Source of the DNA: Fimbriimonadales bacterium
GTDB taxonomy: Bacteria; Armatimonadota; Fimbriimonadia; Fimbriimonadales; ATM1
Reading direction: 5' to 3'
Length of the DNA: 47,899 bases
Assembly (NCBI GenBank): GCA_041744215.1
Contig: JBGTLG010000035.1
Span: 1-47,899, forward strand
The stretch's first letter is position 1. Each line of letters begins with the position of its first letter. Shown here piece by piece: positions 30,173 to 39,876 of this stretch. Position numbers and translations under genes: made by a program. Under the pieces are notes generated by a model. The model did no database searches and was not told the DNA's origin. It saw only the letters and a program-made list of their open reading frames with translations.

Positions 30173-31432
30173 ATGAAGTATCAGGCGCCACGCGGCACAG
30201 AAGACATTCTGCCAGGTCGCTCCGAAATCTGGAGATGGCTCGAGGACGCGTTTCGCCGCGTATGCGAGACCTACGATTATGAGGAGATTCGGACGCCCAC
30301 ATTCGAAGATCTCGAACTGTTTAAGCGCACTTCAGGCGAAACGAGCGATGTCGTGCAGAAGGAAATGTACGACTTCAAAGACAAAGGAAACCGGGAGCTC
30401 GCACTAAAACCCGAAGGAACTGCGCCCGTAGTTCGCGCCTATATTGAACATAACCTCGGCGGTCAGGGAAAGATTGTCAAGCTCTTCTACATCATGTCGC
30501 TGTTCCGCTATGGAAGACCCCAAAAGGGACGTCTCCGTGAGCTGCACCAAACCGGCGTCGAGTTGCTTGGATCGGCACAGCCGGACGCAGATGCAGAAGT
30601 GATCGAACTTACGACGCGGTTCTATCGAGAGATTGGACTCGGCGACTTGCACGTGGGTATCAACTCGATCGGTGAATCGGAGTGCCGCGCAAAGTTTCGC
30701 GATGCAATCCTGAACTTTGCAAAGCCGATTCTTGCTGATATGGAACCGGATGAGCGGGAAAAGTGCGAGCGAAACCCGCTTCGTATGCTTGATACGAAAG
30801 ATGAATCGCTGAGAGCGAAACTCGCGGATGCTCCAAACATTCGTGACTATCTGGAGGATGAGTCACGCACGCATTTTGAGCAGGTGCTTGAACGCCTCAA
30901 CGTCCTTGGGGTGAGTTATGCGATCGAACCGCGACTTGTGCGCGGATTGGATTACTACACACGAACCGTTTTTGAAGTCAACTCAAGTGAGTTGGGTGCG
31001 CAGAGTGCGCTTTGCGGTGGAGGTCGCTATGACAAACTGGTGGAACAGCTCGGCGGATCGCCCACCCCTGCCGTCGGGGTTGCGATGGGAACAGAGCGCG
31101 CGCTTTTAGTATTGGAAACCCTGGGTCGACTTCCCCAGATTGAAAACGCGCCAGACGCGTTTTTTGTTTGCCTAACCGAAGACCGAAATCGATTCGCTAA
31201 AATTCTGCAGCAAGCGCGTAACTCTGAATGCAGAGTGGTTTGTGACCTTGAGTTCCGATCCGCAAAAAGCCAGTTCAGACAAGCCGACCGATCCGGCGCA
31301 AAGTTCGCTGTGACAATCGGTGATGAAGAGATCGAAACAAACAAAGCAAAAGTGAAGAATCTGCTGACTGGGGAGGAGACATCCGTGGCTATCGACTCGA
31401 TCGCGGAAGCAATCCTCGCAAACAGAAATTGA
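30173..31432 (+). CDS. hisS: histidine--tRNA ligase
   Basis: PRGT.D, KEMY, PEGTA, RPQKGR, VRGLDYY and GGGRYD motifs. Confidence 0.98.
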   Translation: MKYQAPRGTEDILPGRSEIWRWLEDAFRRVCETYDYEEIRTPTFEDLELFKRTSGETSDVVQKEMYDFKDKGNRELALKPEGTAPVVRAYIEHNLGGQGKIVKLFYIMSLFRYGRPQKGRLRELHQTGVELLGSAQPDADAEVIELTTRFYREIGLGDLHVGINSIGESECRAKFRDAILNFAKPILADMEPDEREKCERNPLRMLDTKDESLRAKLADAPNIRDYLEDESRTHFEQVLERLNVLGVSYAIEPRLVRGLDYYTRTVFEVNSSELGAQSALCGGGRYDKLVEQLGGSPTPAVGVAMGTERALLVLETLGRLPQIENAPDAFFVCLTEDRNRFAKILQQARNSECRVVCDLEFRSAKSQFRQADRSGAKFAVTIGDEEIETNKAKVKNLLTGEETSVAIDSIAEAILANRN

Positions 31433-32706
31433 ACGTTGCAATCGTTGGACTCGGCCCTGCCGGAATCCGCGCGGCCATGCTGCTCGAAGCGGCAGGGATC
31501 GAAGTCTCGCTCTTTGAGGCGATCGATCGCGCAGGTGGAAGACTCTGGACCGTTTCCGATGAAAATGGACCGCAATACGATCTTGGCGGCGAGTGGATTG
31601 ATGCAGACCACTTGCGCTGCCTCGACCTGATTCGTGAACTCGGCGCACAGCCGAGAGAGGCGACCGGAAACTCGCTCGTCAGATACAAGGACGAGATTGC
31701 CTCGGAGAACAGTCTGTGGGGCGACGTCACCCACGACATCACGCGCATCGAATCTCACGCAGCAGAAATGGCCGCCGAAATCCGTCGCGAACCCTATGCG
31801 AATGAAACGAATCTAGCAATTGGAAAACGACCCCTCTCATCATTCCTCGATGAAACGTGCGAGTCAGAGAGAGGCCGTTGGTACGCCGAGGCCTACTATC
31901 GTTCGGATGAGGGCGACGATACGGAGAACATCGGATTGCATGGCTGGCTCTGCGGCTATCTCAACTACATCGGCCGTGTGGAAGGCACGCTAAGTGCTTT
32001 TCGCTTCGCAGGTGGAGCAGGGAGCTTCTTCTCGCGGGCTCTCGCGACGATATGTGCGCAGCCTCAGTATGATCACGTCCTCGCGTCGGTGGAACAATCA
32101 ACATCCGCAGTCACCTTGACGTTTGAGAACGGAAACATCCATCGTTGCGATCGCGCGTTGATTGCTATACCACCGAAGTGCTTACGCGAAATCCAGTTCT
32201 CGCCGCCTTTGCGAAACGAGATGCATACTGGCTTGGACTCGATTGGCATGGGAAGAATCGTCAAGGCTGCGCTGCGTTTTAGCGCACCCTTCTGGGAATC
32301 GGTTGGCTGGAACGGGAGCATGCTGTTCGATTCGCCGGCGCAGCAAACGTGGCTTGGTTCTCTTGGCAGTGACCCTATACTCATGGCGTATGTTTGTGGT
32401 GGCGATACGCAACAACTGCTGACAAGCGATTACCCACTGCAATCGATTCTGTCCGAGATCGTAAAGGTCTTCCCCGAGGCGAACGACTGCTTCGTCGGAG
32501 GCCAATACTACGACTGGACCCGCCATCCCTATTCTCTCGGCGGCTTCTCACACATTCCGCCGACAATGGATGTCCGCGAACTCAGCGCTTTACGCGAGCC
32601 TCATGGACGCGTTCACTTCGCTGGGGAGCACACAGCGAACTGGCTTGGCTTCATCGAAGGCGCGCTCGAAAGCGCGGAGCGCGCAACCGATGAGCTGCTC
32701 GCTTAA
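31429..32706 (+). CDS. flavin monoamine oxidase family protein
   Basis: IVGLGPAG, EA.DRAGGR, DLGGEWI and HFAGEH...IEGALESAERA motifs; TTG start overlaps the hisS stop. Confidence 0.9.
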   Translation: MNVAIVGLGPAGIRAAMLLEAAGIEVSLFEAIDRAGGRLWTVSDENGPQYDLGGEWIDADHLRCLDLIRELGAQPREATGNSLVRYKDEIASENSLWGDVTHDITRIESHAAEMAAEIRREPYANETNLAIGKRPLSSFLDETCESERGRWYAEAYYRSDEGDDTENIGLHGWLCGYLNYIGRVEGTLSAFRFAGGAGSFFSRALATICAQPQYDHVLASVEQSTSAVTLTFENGNIHRCDRALIAIPPKCLREIQFSPPLRNEMHTGLDSIGMGRIVKAALRFSAPFWESVGWNGSMLFDSPAQQTWLGSLGSDPILMAYVCGGDTQQLLTSDYPLQSILSEIVKVFPEANDCFVGGQYYDWTRHPYSLGGFSHIPPTMDVRELSALREPHGRVHFAGEHTANWLGFIEGALESAERATDELLA

Positions 32707-35192
32707 CTACCGTCGCCCTTTAGATGTTTGTCCAGCCACGCGATCCAGCGCGCCCATAAATCGAGATTCGATTCTTTGGTAGCAGGGCTGTGATCTTCAA
32801 ATGGGTACATGTATAGCGACGCAGGCTTTCCCATCACCTCGAGCGCGTGATACAAACGCTCGGAGTTTATCGGGAATGTGCCAACGTTCTGATCATCCAT
32901 CCCGTGGTACAAGAGCACGGCACCGGTTATGCGCTCAAGATAAAGAAACGGCGACATCTCAAGATAAGTCTCGCGCGCATCCCAAAGCATTCTCGACTCA
33001 CTCTGAAATCCGGCAGGTGTGAGCAAACGGTTATAAGCGCCGTCACCGGCGATGCCGGCTTTGAAGAAAGGCGTGTGCACCATCGCATTAAGAGTACTGA
33101 ACGCGCCGTAACTGTGACCCCCGATCCCAAGACGCTCGACATCGATCATCCCTTGCCGATCGAGAGCAGTAATCACGGCGTACATGTTGCTGCGCAAGTC
33201 CGGAACGTAGCGGTCGTTGATTCGTCCCGCTGGACCAACAATCGGGCAATCTGGCTCAATGACCGCATATCCGAGCATCGAAAGCATGCTCACGCTTCTC
33301 GTACCAACGTTTGGAAATGAATTCTTGTTATAGGTCCGAAGTGTGTTGTCGTAAGCTCGCTGATCTGCAAACTCGCGCGGGTAGAACCAGAAGAATGCAG
33401 GAAGTCTCTCGCCAGGAGTCCAATCCCTCGGCAATGTAATGTTGACCCAAAACTTGAATCCATCCGCCCGGGTCACCTGAACTCGCGACCGCTGCGCAGC
33501 CGTAACGTCGGGCGCGTAGTCCGTGTTGTTTGTGAGGGGCCGCTCCACTCCAGACGACGTCTCCCGCATAACACAATTCGGCACCGAATATGGCGACTGT
33601 CGCTGAACCACAATCCGTTCGAAATCGTCATCGAGTACGCTGGTGATCTGTTCAAACGCGATGCTCGAGCTTTCAAAGACGCGCTTCTTCTCTCCGGTAC
33701 GAATGGTCACCGCGTCTACAAACGGTCTGGGCGCCTCGTTCAACGGATCGCGCGAATACTGCGTCCCCGACAAGTACACTTTCGTTGCGTCACTCGATGT
33801 TCGAACACATGAGACCCCGACAGGCCCGCGCGTCGTCATCAAACTGCCAGGGTTCTCGTAGAACTCCTCGGTGCGACGGCGAGAAACTGTAAACTTGGTC
33901 TCAGGAGCATCAAGGTTTACCGCAAACACATGCTCCTGATTGGATGCCGTCTCGGTTATGAACAGCCAACGACAATCGGATGAATAATCGACCGAGTTAA
34001 TACGTGTCTCGCTCTCGTAGATTACATGCGCTGACTTGTCGTCATAAGGCGGCAGCCATTGCATCACACGATCCTTCCTCGCCGGCTGCTGACCCTCTTC
34101 GCTTCCAGCCGCGCGTTCGCGTGCTGGCTCCAACTGCAGATAACTCAAGCCTTTGCCATCTGGCCTCCAAGTCAAGCTGCGGCGGTTCTCATCTTGAGTT
34201 TGGCCGCCTCCCCGTGCACCTCCCCCGCCGCCACCACCTGCTGCGCCTTCACGAAGCGGAGTGCGAGAAATCTGATGGACTTCCTTCCCAGACGGATCCC
34301 AAAGCGCCTGCACGCTGCCAAACGAGGACGCTGGAACAATGTACGAAAACGGTTTCTGCATCACCGTCACCCGGATAACCGAACCATCCGGAGCAACGCT
34401 AATCGAGCGAAACATCGATGGCGAGCCAACTTTTGTGACTCTGCCGGATGCGACGTCTATCATAGCAAGCTGTCCGGTCAGATAGAACTCAAGTATCTCC
34501 GCGTCCCTCGGTCCAGACAGCAGCGAAGGATAAGTTCGCAAGGTCTTGCTGCCGGGCTGCGTCACACGAATCATCGGCTCGGTCGGCACGACATTCGGCG
34601 CAGGTGCTACGCCGCGATTCTCGGGAACAAGAACCGCCACCAACGTCTTGTCATCCGCAGTCCAATCGACCGAGTTTACTGAGGTCGCCAGCAAAGGAGT
34701 GCTGCAAACGCGACGAGACTTTCCCGAATTGACATCCGCTACGTAAACATAGGATCCGTTTTCGAAGTTTGCGACGAACGCTATCTGATTCCCGTTAGTC
34801 GACCACGTTGGCGAACTAAACGTCGCCCCGCTCGGAATCTCAACCGCTGTGCGCGACCCGTCCCGCCAGCTAAGTAGCGTCATCCCAGCCGAACCCCTCG
34901 TCGTCATTGTCCGCGTTCTGTTTGCCGTGGGATCAATTTGGATTCCCGCCAAGTTATAGTGCGGCCGCGCATAATCTGCAAGCGACGGCAGACCGCCTGA
35001 GTCCACGATCAGAAACTTCGTCCTGTCGGGGCTGAGATTAGTCAGATTAACATTCAGATGCCTCGGAGCGGTAACGATGTCTGCAATCGCTCTCGTCGGC
35101 TCGATGTACCGCTCGACGGTGAGATTGTCGTTCGCAACTGAAACCGACCAAATCAGCCCAATTGCGAGAGTTAGCGCATATCTATGGTTCAC
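32703..35192 (-). CDS. S9 family prolyl oligopeptidase-like serine peptidase, secreted
   Basis: GTG 35192 after AGGAGG, signal peptide, beta-propeller repeats, GGHSYGA nucleophile, HGMDDQN and EDH. Confidence 0.92.
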   Translation of the reverse strand: MNHRYALTLAIGLIWSVSVANDNLTVERYIEPTRAIADIVTAPRHLNVNLTNLSPDRTKFLIVDSGGLPSLADYARPHYNLAGIQIDPTANRTRTMTTRGSAGMTLLSWRDGSRTAVEIPSGATFSSPTWSTNGNQIAFVANFENGSYVYVADVNSGKSRRVCSTPLLATSVNSVDWTADDKTLVAVLVPENRGVAPAPNVVPTEPMIRVTQPGSKTLRTYPSLLSGPRDAEILEFYLTGQLAMIDVASGRVTKVGSPSMFRSISVAPDGSVIRVTVMQKPFSYIVPASSFGSVQALWDPSGKEVHQISRTPLREGAAGGGGGGGARGGGQTQDENRRSLTWRPDGKGLSYLQLEPARERAAGSEEGQQPARKDRVMQWLPPYDDKSAHVIYESETRINSVDYSSDCRWLFITETASNQEHVFAVNLDAPETKFTVSRRRTEEFYENPGSLMTTRGPVGVSCVRTSSDATKVYLSGTQYSRDPLNEAPRPFVDAVTIRTGEKKRVFESSSIAFEQITSVLDDDFERIVVQRQSPYSVPNCVMRETSSGVERPLTNNTDYAPDVTAAQRSRVQVTRADGFKFWVNITLPRDWTPGERLPAFFWFYPREFADQRAYDNTLRTYNKNSFPNVGTRSVSMLSMLGYAVIEPDCPIVGPAGRINDRYVPDLRSNMYAVITALDRQGMIDVERLGIGGHSYGAFSTLNAMVHTPFFKAGIAGDGAYNRLLTPAGFQSESRMLWDARETYLEMSPFLYLERITGAVLLYHGMDDQNVGTFPINSERLYHALEVMGKPASLYMYPFEDHSPATKESNLDLWARWIAWLDKHLKGDGS

Positions 35193-35202
35193 AGCCTGCC
35201 TC

Positions 35203-36672
35203 CTAATTCGATCCAGTACCCCGCTTGAGCATTCCATCTCGATTCGCTGCGGCATCTGCAACAACGTAAAACAACCTCGCAACGCTCACGACTTTGTCGT
35301 AGTTGATTTTGTCCGGGGTGTCCGTTGGACGATGGTAGTCCGGATGGAATCCGCTGAATAGAAACGCAACGGGCACTCCCTTTTGCGCGAACATGTAGTG
35401 GTCGCTCCGAGTGTAAACATCTTCCTGATCATATTCGAAAACCAGGTTCACGTACTTGTTCAGATCGATGATCTTATCGTGTAGCTCCATCGATACTCGT
35501 TTGCTGCCCACAAGGTGAATCGTATCGATGTTGTCTTCTGCTCTTTCCGTCTCAGATTCTTCGTTCCTTCCGATCATGTCCAGTTGCAAAAGGCACGTTG
35601 TTTTCTCCAATGGGATGATCGGATTATTCGTGTAATGCCTCGCGCCAAGAAGACCCAACTCCTCTCCCGTGAAGAACAGGAACATGATGCTCCGCTTTGG
35701 CTTGATTGGATTTGTCGCAAACGCTTTCGCAATCATAAGCACCGCAGTGCAGCCAGACGCGTCGTCGTCCGCGCCGTAATAGATGACGCCGTTGCGCTCG
35801 CCCAGGTGATCGAGGTGTGCGCCGATACAAACGACTTCCTCCTTCAACTCCGGATCGCTGCCTTCAAGAAGGCCTACAACATTCGGAACGGTTCGCTCTT
35901 CCGTCTCCGCCGTCGCAGCAAGAGACACCTCAAAATCCGACAAAGCAACCGTCGCCTCAGCGCCGTCGCCAATCGCGTCCACAAGCGACGGATCAAGTCC
36001 TGAGACGCCCGCCAGCCGCCGCGCTCCCAGGGGCGTAATGAAGCCATTGGCCCGCGTCCCTTGCCTGCCCCCTCCACGACCGATCGTCCAGTCGTTTTGC
36101 GGAAGCGACTCCGTAACTCGCAACACAGCCGCAGCGCCAAGGCGGTTCAAACTCTGAGCCAACGCGCCGTCCATAGGAGCCGAAACCAGCACAACGCGCC
36201 CCGCCAAGCTCGCAGGGTTAGCAATGCGCGCGTCCTTGTTCCCAGTCCGAACGATCGCCACCGCTCCCTTCGTATCTACCGACGCCGTTCCCGTGAAGAC
36301 CAGGTCCGACTTCCCGAGCTTCAAACTTCCGCCAGAGAGCGAAATCGAATCAGGGTTCATTCGCGAGAACATGAACGGCACGCCCTGGAAGTAAGTCCCG
36401 TTGTCCCCGATCGGCTTGAGCCCGAACTCCTTCAGCTTCCCTGCGACCCACTCCGCCGACTTCAGGTAGCCGGGCTGGCCAGTTCCACGTCCGGCAAACT
36501 CCTCGCTCGCCAGGCGGCTGATCCACGCCCGGGCGTCCGACAGCCCGATCGAATCGAAGCCAGCAGCGACGTTCGGTGGGGGAGGCAGAGCCCCGGAATA
36601 CTGACCCAGAGCGGGAAGAGCGAGAGTAGCCGCGAAAATCGCGGCGGCGAGACGGGCCTTGAAGTGATTCAT
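35203..36672 (-). CDS. M28 family metallopeptidase, secreted
   Basis: GAHLDH, GADDDASG, GEELG, LDMIG, SDH and DYH motifs; signal peptide. Confidence 0.93.
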   Translation of the reverse strand: MNHFKARLAAAIFAATLALPALGQYSGALPPPPNVAAGFDSIGLSDARAWISRLASEEFAGRGTGQPGYLKSAEWVAGKLKEFGLKPIGDNGTYFQGVPFMFSRMNPDSISLSGGSLKLGKSDLVFTGTASVDTKGAVAIVRTGNKDARIANPASLAGRVVLVSAPMDGALAQSLNRLGAAAVLRVTESLPQNDWTIGRGGGRQGTRANGFITPLGARRLAGVSGLDPSLVDAIGDGAEATVALSDFEVSLAATAETEERTVPNVVGLLEGSDPELKEEVVCIGAHLDHLGERNGVIYYGADDDASGCTAVLMIAKAFATNPIKPKRSIMFLFFTGEELGLLGARHYTNNPIIPLEKTTCLLQLDMIGRNEESETERAEDNIDTIHLVGSKRVSMELHDKIIDLNKYVNLVFEYDQEDVYTRSDHYMFAQKGVPVAFLFSGFHPDYHRPTDTPDKINYDKVVSVARLFYVVADAAANRDGMLKRGTGSN

Positions 36673-36723
36673 GTGCGTAAGTTCGACGTACGCACGTTCA
36701 GTCCTCCGTGGTTCCGCCCGCCC

Positions 36724-37203
36724 CTAGTCCGTCGTTGGCTCGATCTTGACTCGGACGCCGCTCGACTGCAGCGGCATCGTCTGAACCTGCTGAGCAGACA
36801 TATCCTTCAGAATCTCCACCCGAACCTTCCCGCCCATGATCATGTCCATGTCCTCCGTGTGGAGGATCACCGCGCTGTCTGGGTCGTCATCGTCCGGCTT
36901 GGTATAAGTGAACAGTTCGCCCGCGACCTTGTATGTCTCGCCGTCAAGCGTCCCCCGCAAGTCGGCAAACTCATCAGGAAACGCCTCGTTTGCTTCGAGG
37001 TACTTCTCCATCCCACTGACCAGCTCAGGAGCGAGCCTCTCGAGCCTCTGAAGCTTCCCAATGGTGTCGCCAAACTTCTGCCCCTGGTCGCTCCGCATAA
37101 ACGAAAACACGAGAATCGCCATGACGATCCCCCCGAGAACGATCAATCCGAGGATCCCCAGCGCCACCCAAAGCGCTACCTTGCTGCTCGATGCCTTGCT
37201 CAT
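36724..37203 (-). CDS. hypothetical single-pass membrane protein
   Basis: N-terminal TM segment; lies between the M42 and M28 genes, 2 nt downstream of the M42 stop. Confidence 0.7.
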   Translation of the reverse strand: MSKASSSKVALWVALGILGLIVLGGIVMAILVFSFMRSDQGQKFGDTIGKLQRLERLAPELVSGMEKYLEANEAFPDEFADLRGTLDGETYKVAGELFTYTKPDDDDPDSAVILHTEDMDMIMGGKVRVEILKDMSAQQVQTMPLQSSGVRVKIEPTTD

Positions 37204-37205
37204 GT

Positions 37206-38273
37206 TTATCGCGGCGTGAAATCAACCTTGCCGGAGACTCTACGGCAAAACCCCGCCATCAGTTGCGCGCATTGCTCCACATCCTTCAAATTCAGAGTCT
37301 CCACAGGCGTGTGCATGTAGCGAATCGCCACACCCAGCAACCCCGTCGCCATCCCCGCCCCAGCAACCTGCATCGCGTTGGCGTCCGTTCCAGTGCCGCC
37401 AGGCTCAACCTCGATCTGAATGTCAATCTTCTCCTCTTTCGCCGCCTTCAAAATCATATCGAACACAACGTGGTTGATGTTCGTGCCGCGAGCAACAACC
37501 GGCCCGCCACCCATCTTCGCGTCGCCCTCTTTGCGCTTGTCAACGCTCGGATAGTCCGTCGCGTGAGTAACGTCAACCGCCAAACCAACTTCCGCACCGC
37601 TCGCAAACGCGCTTGTTCGCGCGCCGCGCAAACCAATCTCTTCCTGAACCGTCCCAACAGCGATAACGCCAACATCCTTATCAGGACGCTTCTCCGCCAG
37701 CAACCGCGCCGCCTCCGCAACAATAAACGCGCCCATCTTGTTATCAAAACCGCGCGCAGTCACAACATCACCAAACAGTTTCTGAAACTCCCACTGATAC
37801 GTCACAACGTCGCCGAGATCGATCTGCTTCATCACCTGATCCTTCTTCGTCGCGCCGATGTCGATCCAAAGCTCGCTGATCTCCGGCTTCACCTCCCGCT
37901 CTTTCGCAGACAGCAAGTGGATCGCCTTTCGCCCGATCACGCCCGCAACTCGCCCCTTCTTGCTATGAATCCAAACACGCTGCCCAATCGGGATCAGACT
38001 GTCATGCCCGCCGATCGTCCGAAAATGAAGCAGACCCTCGTCGCTCACGTAATGCACCGCGAAACCGATCTCGTCCAAGTGCCCCGCGAGCATAATCTTT
38101 CGCTTCGCGTCGGGGTTGATAACCGCCGAAACGTTCCCCATGACGTCGGTCTTCACCTCGTCGGCGAACTGCTTGGTATACGTCCTAAAAACATCCGCCG
38201 CCGGAACCTCATATCCGCTCGGCGACGGGGCGTTGACGATCTCTTTGAAGAAGGCGAGACTCTCTTTGCGCAC
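37206..38273 (-). CDS. M42 family (TET-type) aminopeptidase
   Basis: PSGYE, GHLDEIG, DNKMG, QEEIG, DVTHA and MHTPVE motifs. Confidence 0.94.
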   Translation of the reverse strand: MRKESLAFFKEIVNAPSPSGYEVPAADVFRTYTKQFADEVKTDVMGNVSAVINPDAKRKIMLAGHLDEIGFAVHYVSDEGLLHFRTIGGHDSLIPIGQRVWIHSKKGRVAGVIGRKAIHLLSAKEREVKPEISELWIDIGATKKDQVMKQIDLGDVVTYQWEFQKLFGDVVTARGFDNKMGAFIVAEAARLLAEKRPDKDVGVIAVGTVQEEIGLRGARTSAFASGAEVGLAVDVTHATDYPSVDKRKEGDAKMGGGPVVARGTNINHVVFDMILKAAKEEKIDIQIEVEPGGTGTDANAMQVAGAGMATGLLGVAIRYMHTPVETLNLKDVEQCAQLMAGFCRRVSGKVDFTPR

Positions 38274-38325
38274 GCCAAATTATGCTCGAACGGCCAAACG
38301 GCCGTGAACAAGCGCCCCCAGCGAA

Positions 38326-38895
38326 CTACCCGCTCCGCCGACGCTTCCTAATCGCCAGCCCCAGCAGCAACCCCACCGCGGCCATCGTCGAAGGCTCCGG
38401 AACAACCTGGAAATCCAAAACATAATCCGTGTGATCCCCCGTCTGCTGAAGCCAAAACGCATAGTCCGATCCGGTGAGCGGCGGAACAAATCCAATCGCG
38501 CCCATCCCCTCGCCCATCAGCGGCAGCAAATCGCTCCCAATCAGGTGCGGCCCGAAAAGCGTCCACCCAAGCAGGTTCTCGACGTTCGGGTCGACAGGGT
38601 CTTCAGTGATGAACGTCCCTTCCTGAACGGCGAGAAAACTGTAGTGATCCTCGCTCACATAATCCAAAAGAACAATCGCCGTCAGCGACTCCCCAGGAGC
38701 CAGGCTGAAGTGGAAGTAGTCTCGGTCGTAGTCTCCGGTCGAGCCGATGATGATGTTCGATCCGATGCTGACGCTCAGCGTGTCAGGAACCAGGTGGTTG
38801 CCAGAAAGATCGCCATGGATCGACTCGTCCCAAATCACGGCGGAACCGCCATACGCCGCGCATAAGAACAGCGCGGCCAGCGTGAGAGATTTCAT
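38326..38895 (-). CDS. PEP-CTERM sorting domain protein
   Basis: Signal peptide, AAGGAG RBS, C-terminal VPEPSTMAAVGLLLGLAIRKRRR. Confidence 0.9.
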   Translation of the reverse strand: MKSLTLAALFLCAAYGGSAVIWDESIHGDLSGNHLVPDTLSVSIGSNIIIGSTGDYDRDYFHFSLAPGESLTAIVLLDYVSEDHYSFLAVQEGTFITEDPVDPNVENLLGWTLFGPHLIGSDLLPLMGEGMGAIGFVPPLTGSDYAFWLQQTGDHTDYVLDFQVVPEPSTMAAVGLLLGLAIRKRRRSG

Positions 38896-38973
38896 GACTC
38901 CTTAGAGGCGCGCCAACCCAAAGAAGTTCACCCCGCCCATACCAGTTCTTCCGCGCCAACAGCCCGCCGCCGC

Positions 38974-39010
38974 AAGAAAACAAAATCCCCCAGCGCCGAC
39001 GCCGGGGGAT
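38974..39010 (-). terminator. intrinsic terminator of the FnIII-like gene
   Basis: Minus strand ATCCCCCGGCG-TCGG-CGCTGGGGGAT followed by TTTGTTTTCTT. Confidence 0.8.
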
Positions 39011-39031
39011 CATCAAGAAAAGGAACGCCTC

Positions 39032-39679
39032 TTATGCAGCGTCTTCCAACAGAATCAACTCCGGCGAACCGCCGCCCTCGCTGAAAACGACCACAGGATC
39101 GCTCGGCTCAGACAAGATTCCCCGGCGCTCGACCAAAACGCGAAACTCCGTCGCGCTCAAAGGCTGCCCAACGAGCGCGAGCCGAGTCCGCGAAGTCACC
39201 GCCAAGAACGACCATTCGCCGCCCGTCGGCCGCGATTGCACGATGAAATTGCAACCCGGCAGATTGCCATTTCGGTTCCATCGAAGCCGCACGGTGCCGA
39301 CGCTGTTGCCAGTTCCGCTCAGCTCGCTGATCGCGTAGATCGGGCGCGGACTCGGCGTCGTGTCGTGGATGTTTAGCCCAAGCTCAAGCTTCAGCGGATC
39401 GCTGACTGCCGGATTGGCCTGCCACTGGTTCGACCACTGCTGCACCAGCCCAAGCGCAGTTTCGTAAGCCGCGTTTTTGGTGCTCGTCGCTGCCTTCGCG
39501 GCGTCGTGCGCGGCGGTGTAGTCGGCGACAGCAGTCGCATAGTTGGTCTTGGCCGTGGTGATCGCTGCGGCCCCCTCGACACCTAAACCCAGCGTCCCCG
39601 TGTTCGCAACCGCAACCGTCGCCCAGTTGTCATACCACGCGCGAAACGCGGCTTCACTCAAATCGTAATAGTGTGCCAT
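39032..39679 (-). CDS. hypothetical protein: Ala/Thr-rich helical N-domain plus fibronectin-type-III-like C-domain
   Basis: GAGGAG RBS and no signal peptide. C-half has VRLRW...FIVQ...EWSF...EFRV..R...SEPSDP; ends in -AA. Confidence 0.8.
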   Translation of the reverse strand: MAHYYDLSEAAFRAWYDNWATVAVANTGTLGLGVEGAAAITTAKTNYATAVADYTAAHDAAKAATSTKNAAYETALGLVQQWSNQWQANPAVSDPLKLELGLNIHDTTPSPRPIYAISELSGTGNSVGTVRLRWNRNGNLPGCNFIVQSRPTGGEWSFLAVTSRTRLALVGQPLSATEFRVLVERRGILSEPSDPVVVFSEGGGSPELILLEDAA

Positions 39680-39876
39680 TTCTATTCTTCTCCTCTGCCG
39701 CCTTGTGCGAGCGCAGTCCGCTTAAAACTGATTCCGCCGACAGCATCTAAGCTCCATTTTCCACGTCAGATTGCCAGCGTCCCCAGGTGTTTTTGCGGGG
39801 TTCGGTGGTTTACGCCCCCCCCGACTCAAAAGACCTAAAGTCTTTCTTCAGGAATCTTAACCGCCAGCGATAAAAT

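Noticed and set aside
34200-34250. Gly-rich low-complexity run in the S9 peptidase
   Set aside because: Ordinary flexible linker with mixed codons, not a DNA repeat element.
36061-38351. Long plus-strand ORFs (419 aa and 386 aa); also 7817-8974 and 43626-44357
   Set aside because: Antisense or off-frame shadows of well-supported genes; Arg/Pro/His-rich with no motifs.
39815-39822. C8 homopolymer in the FnIII-like gene leader (another C8 at 40182-40189) as a phase-variation tract
   Set aside because: Too short to call without read-level length variation.
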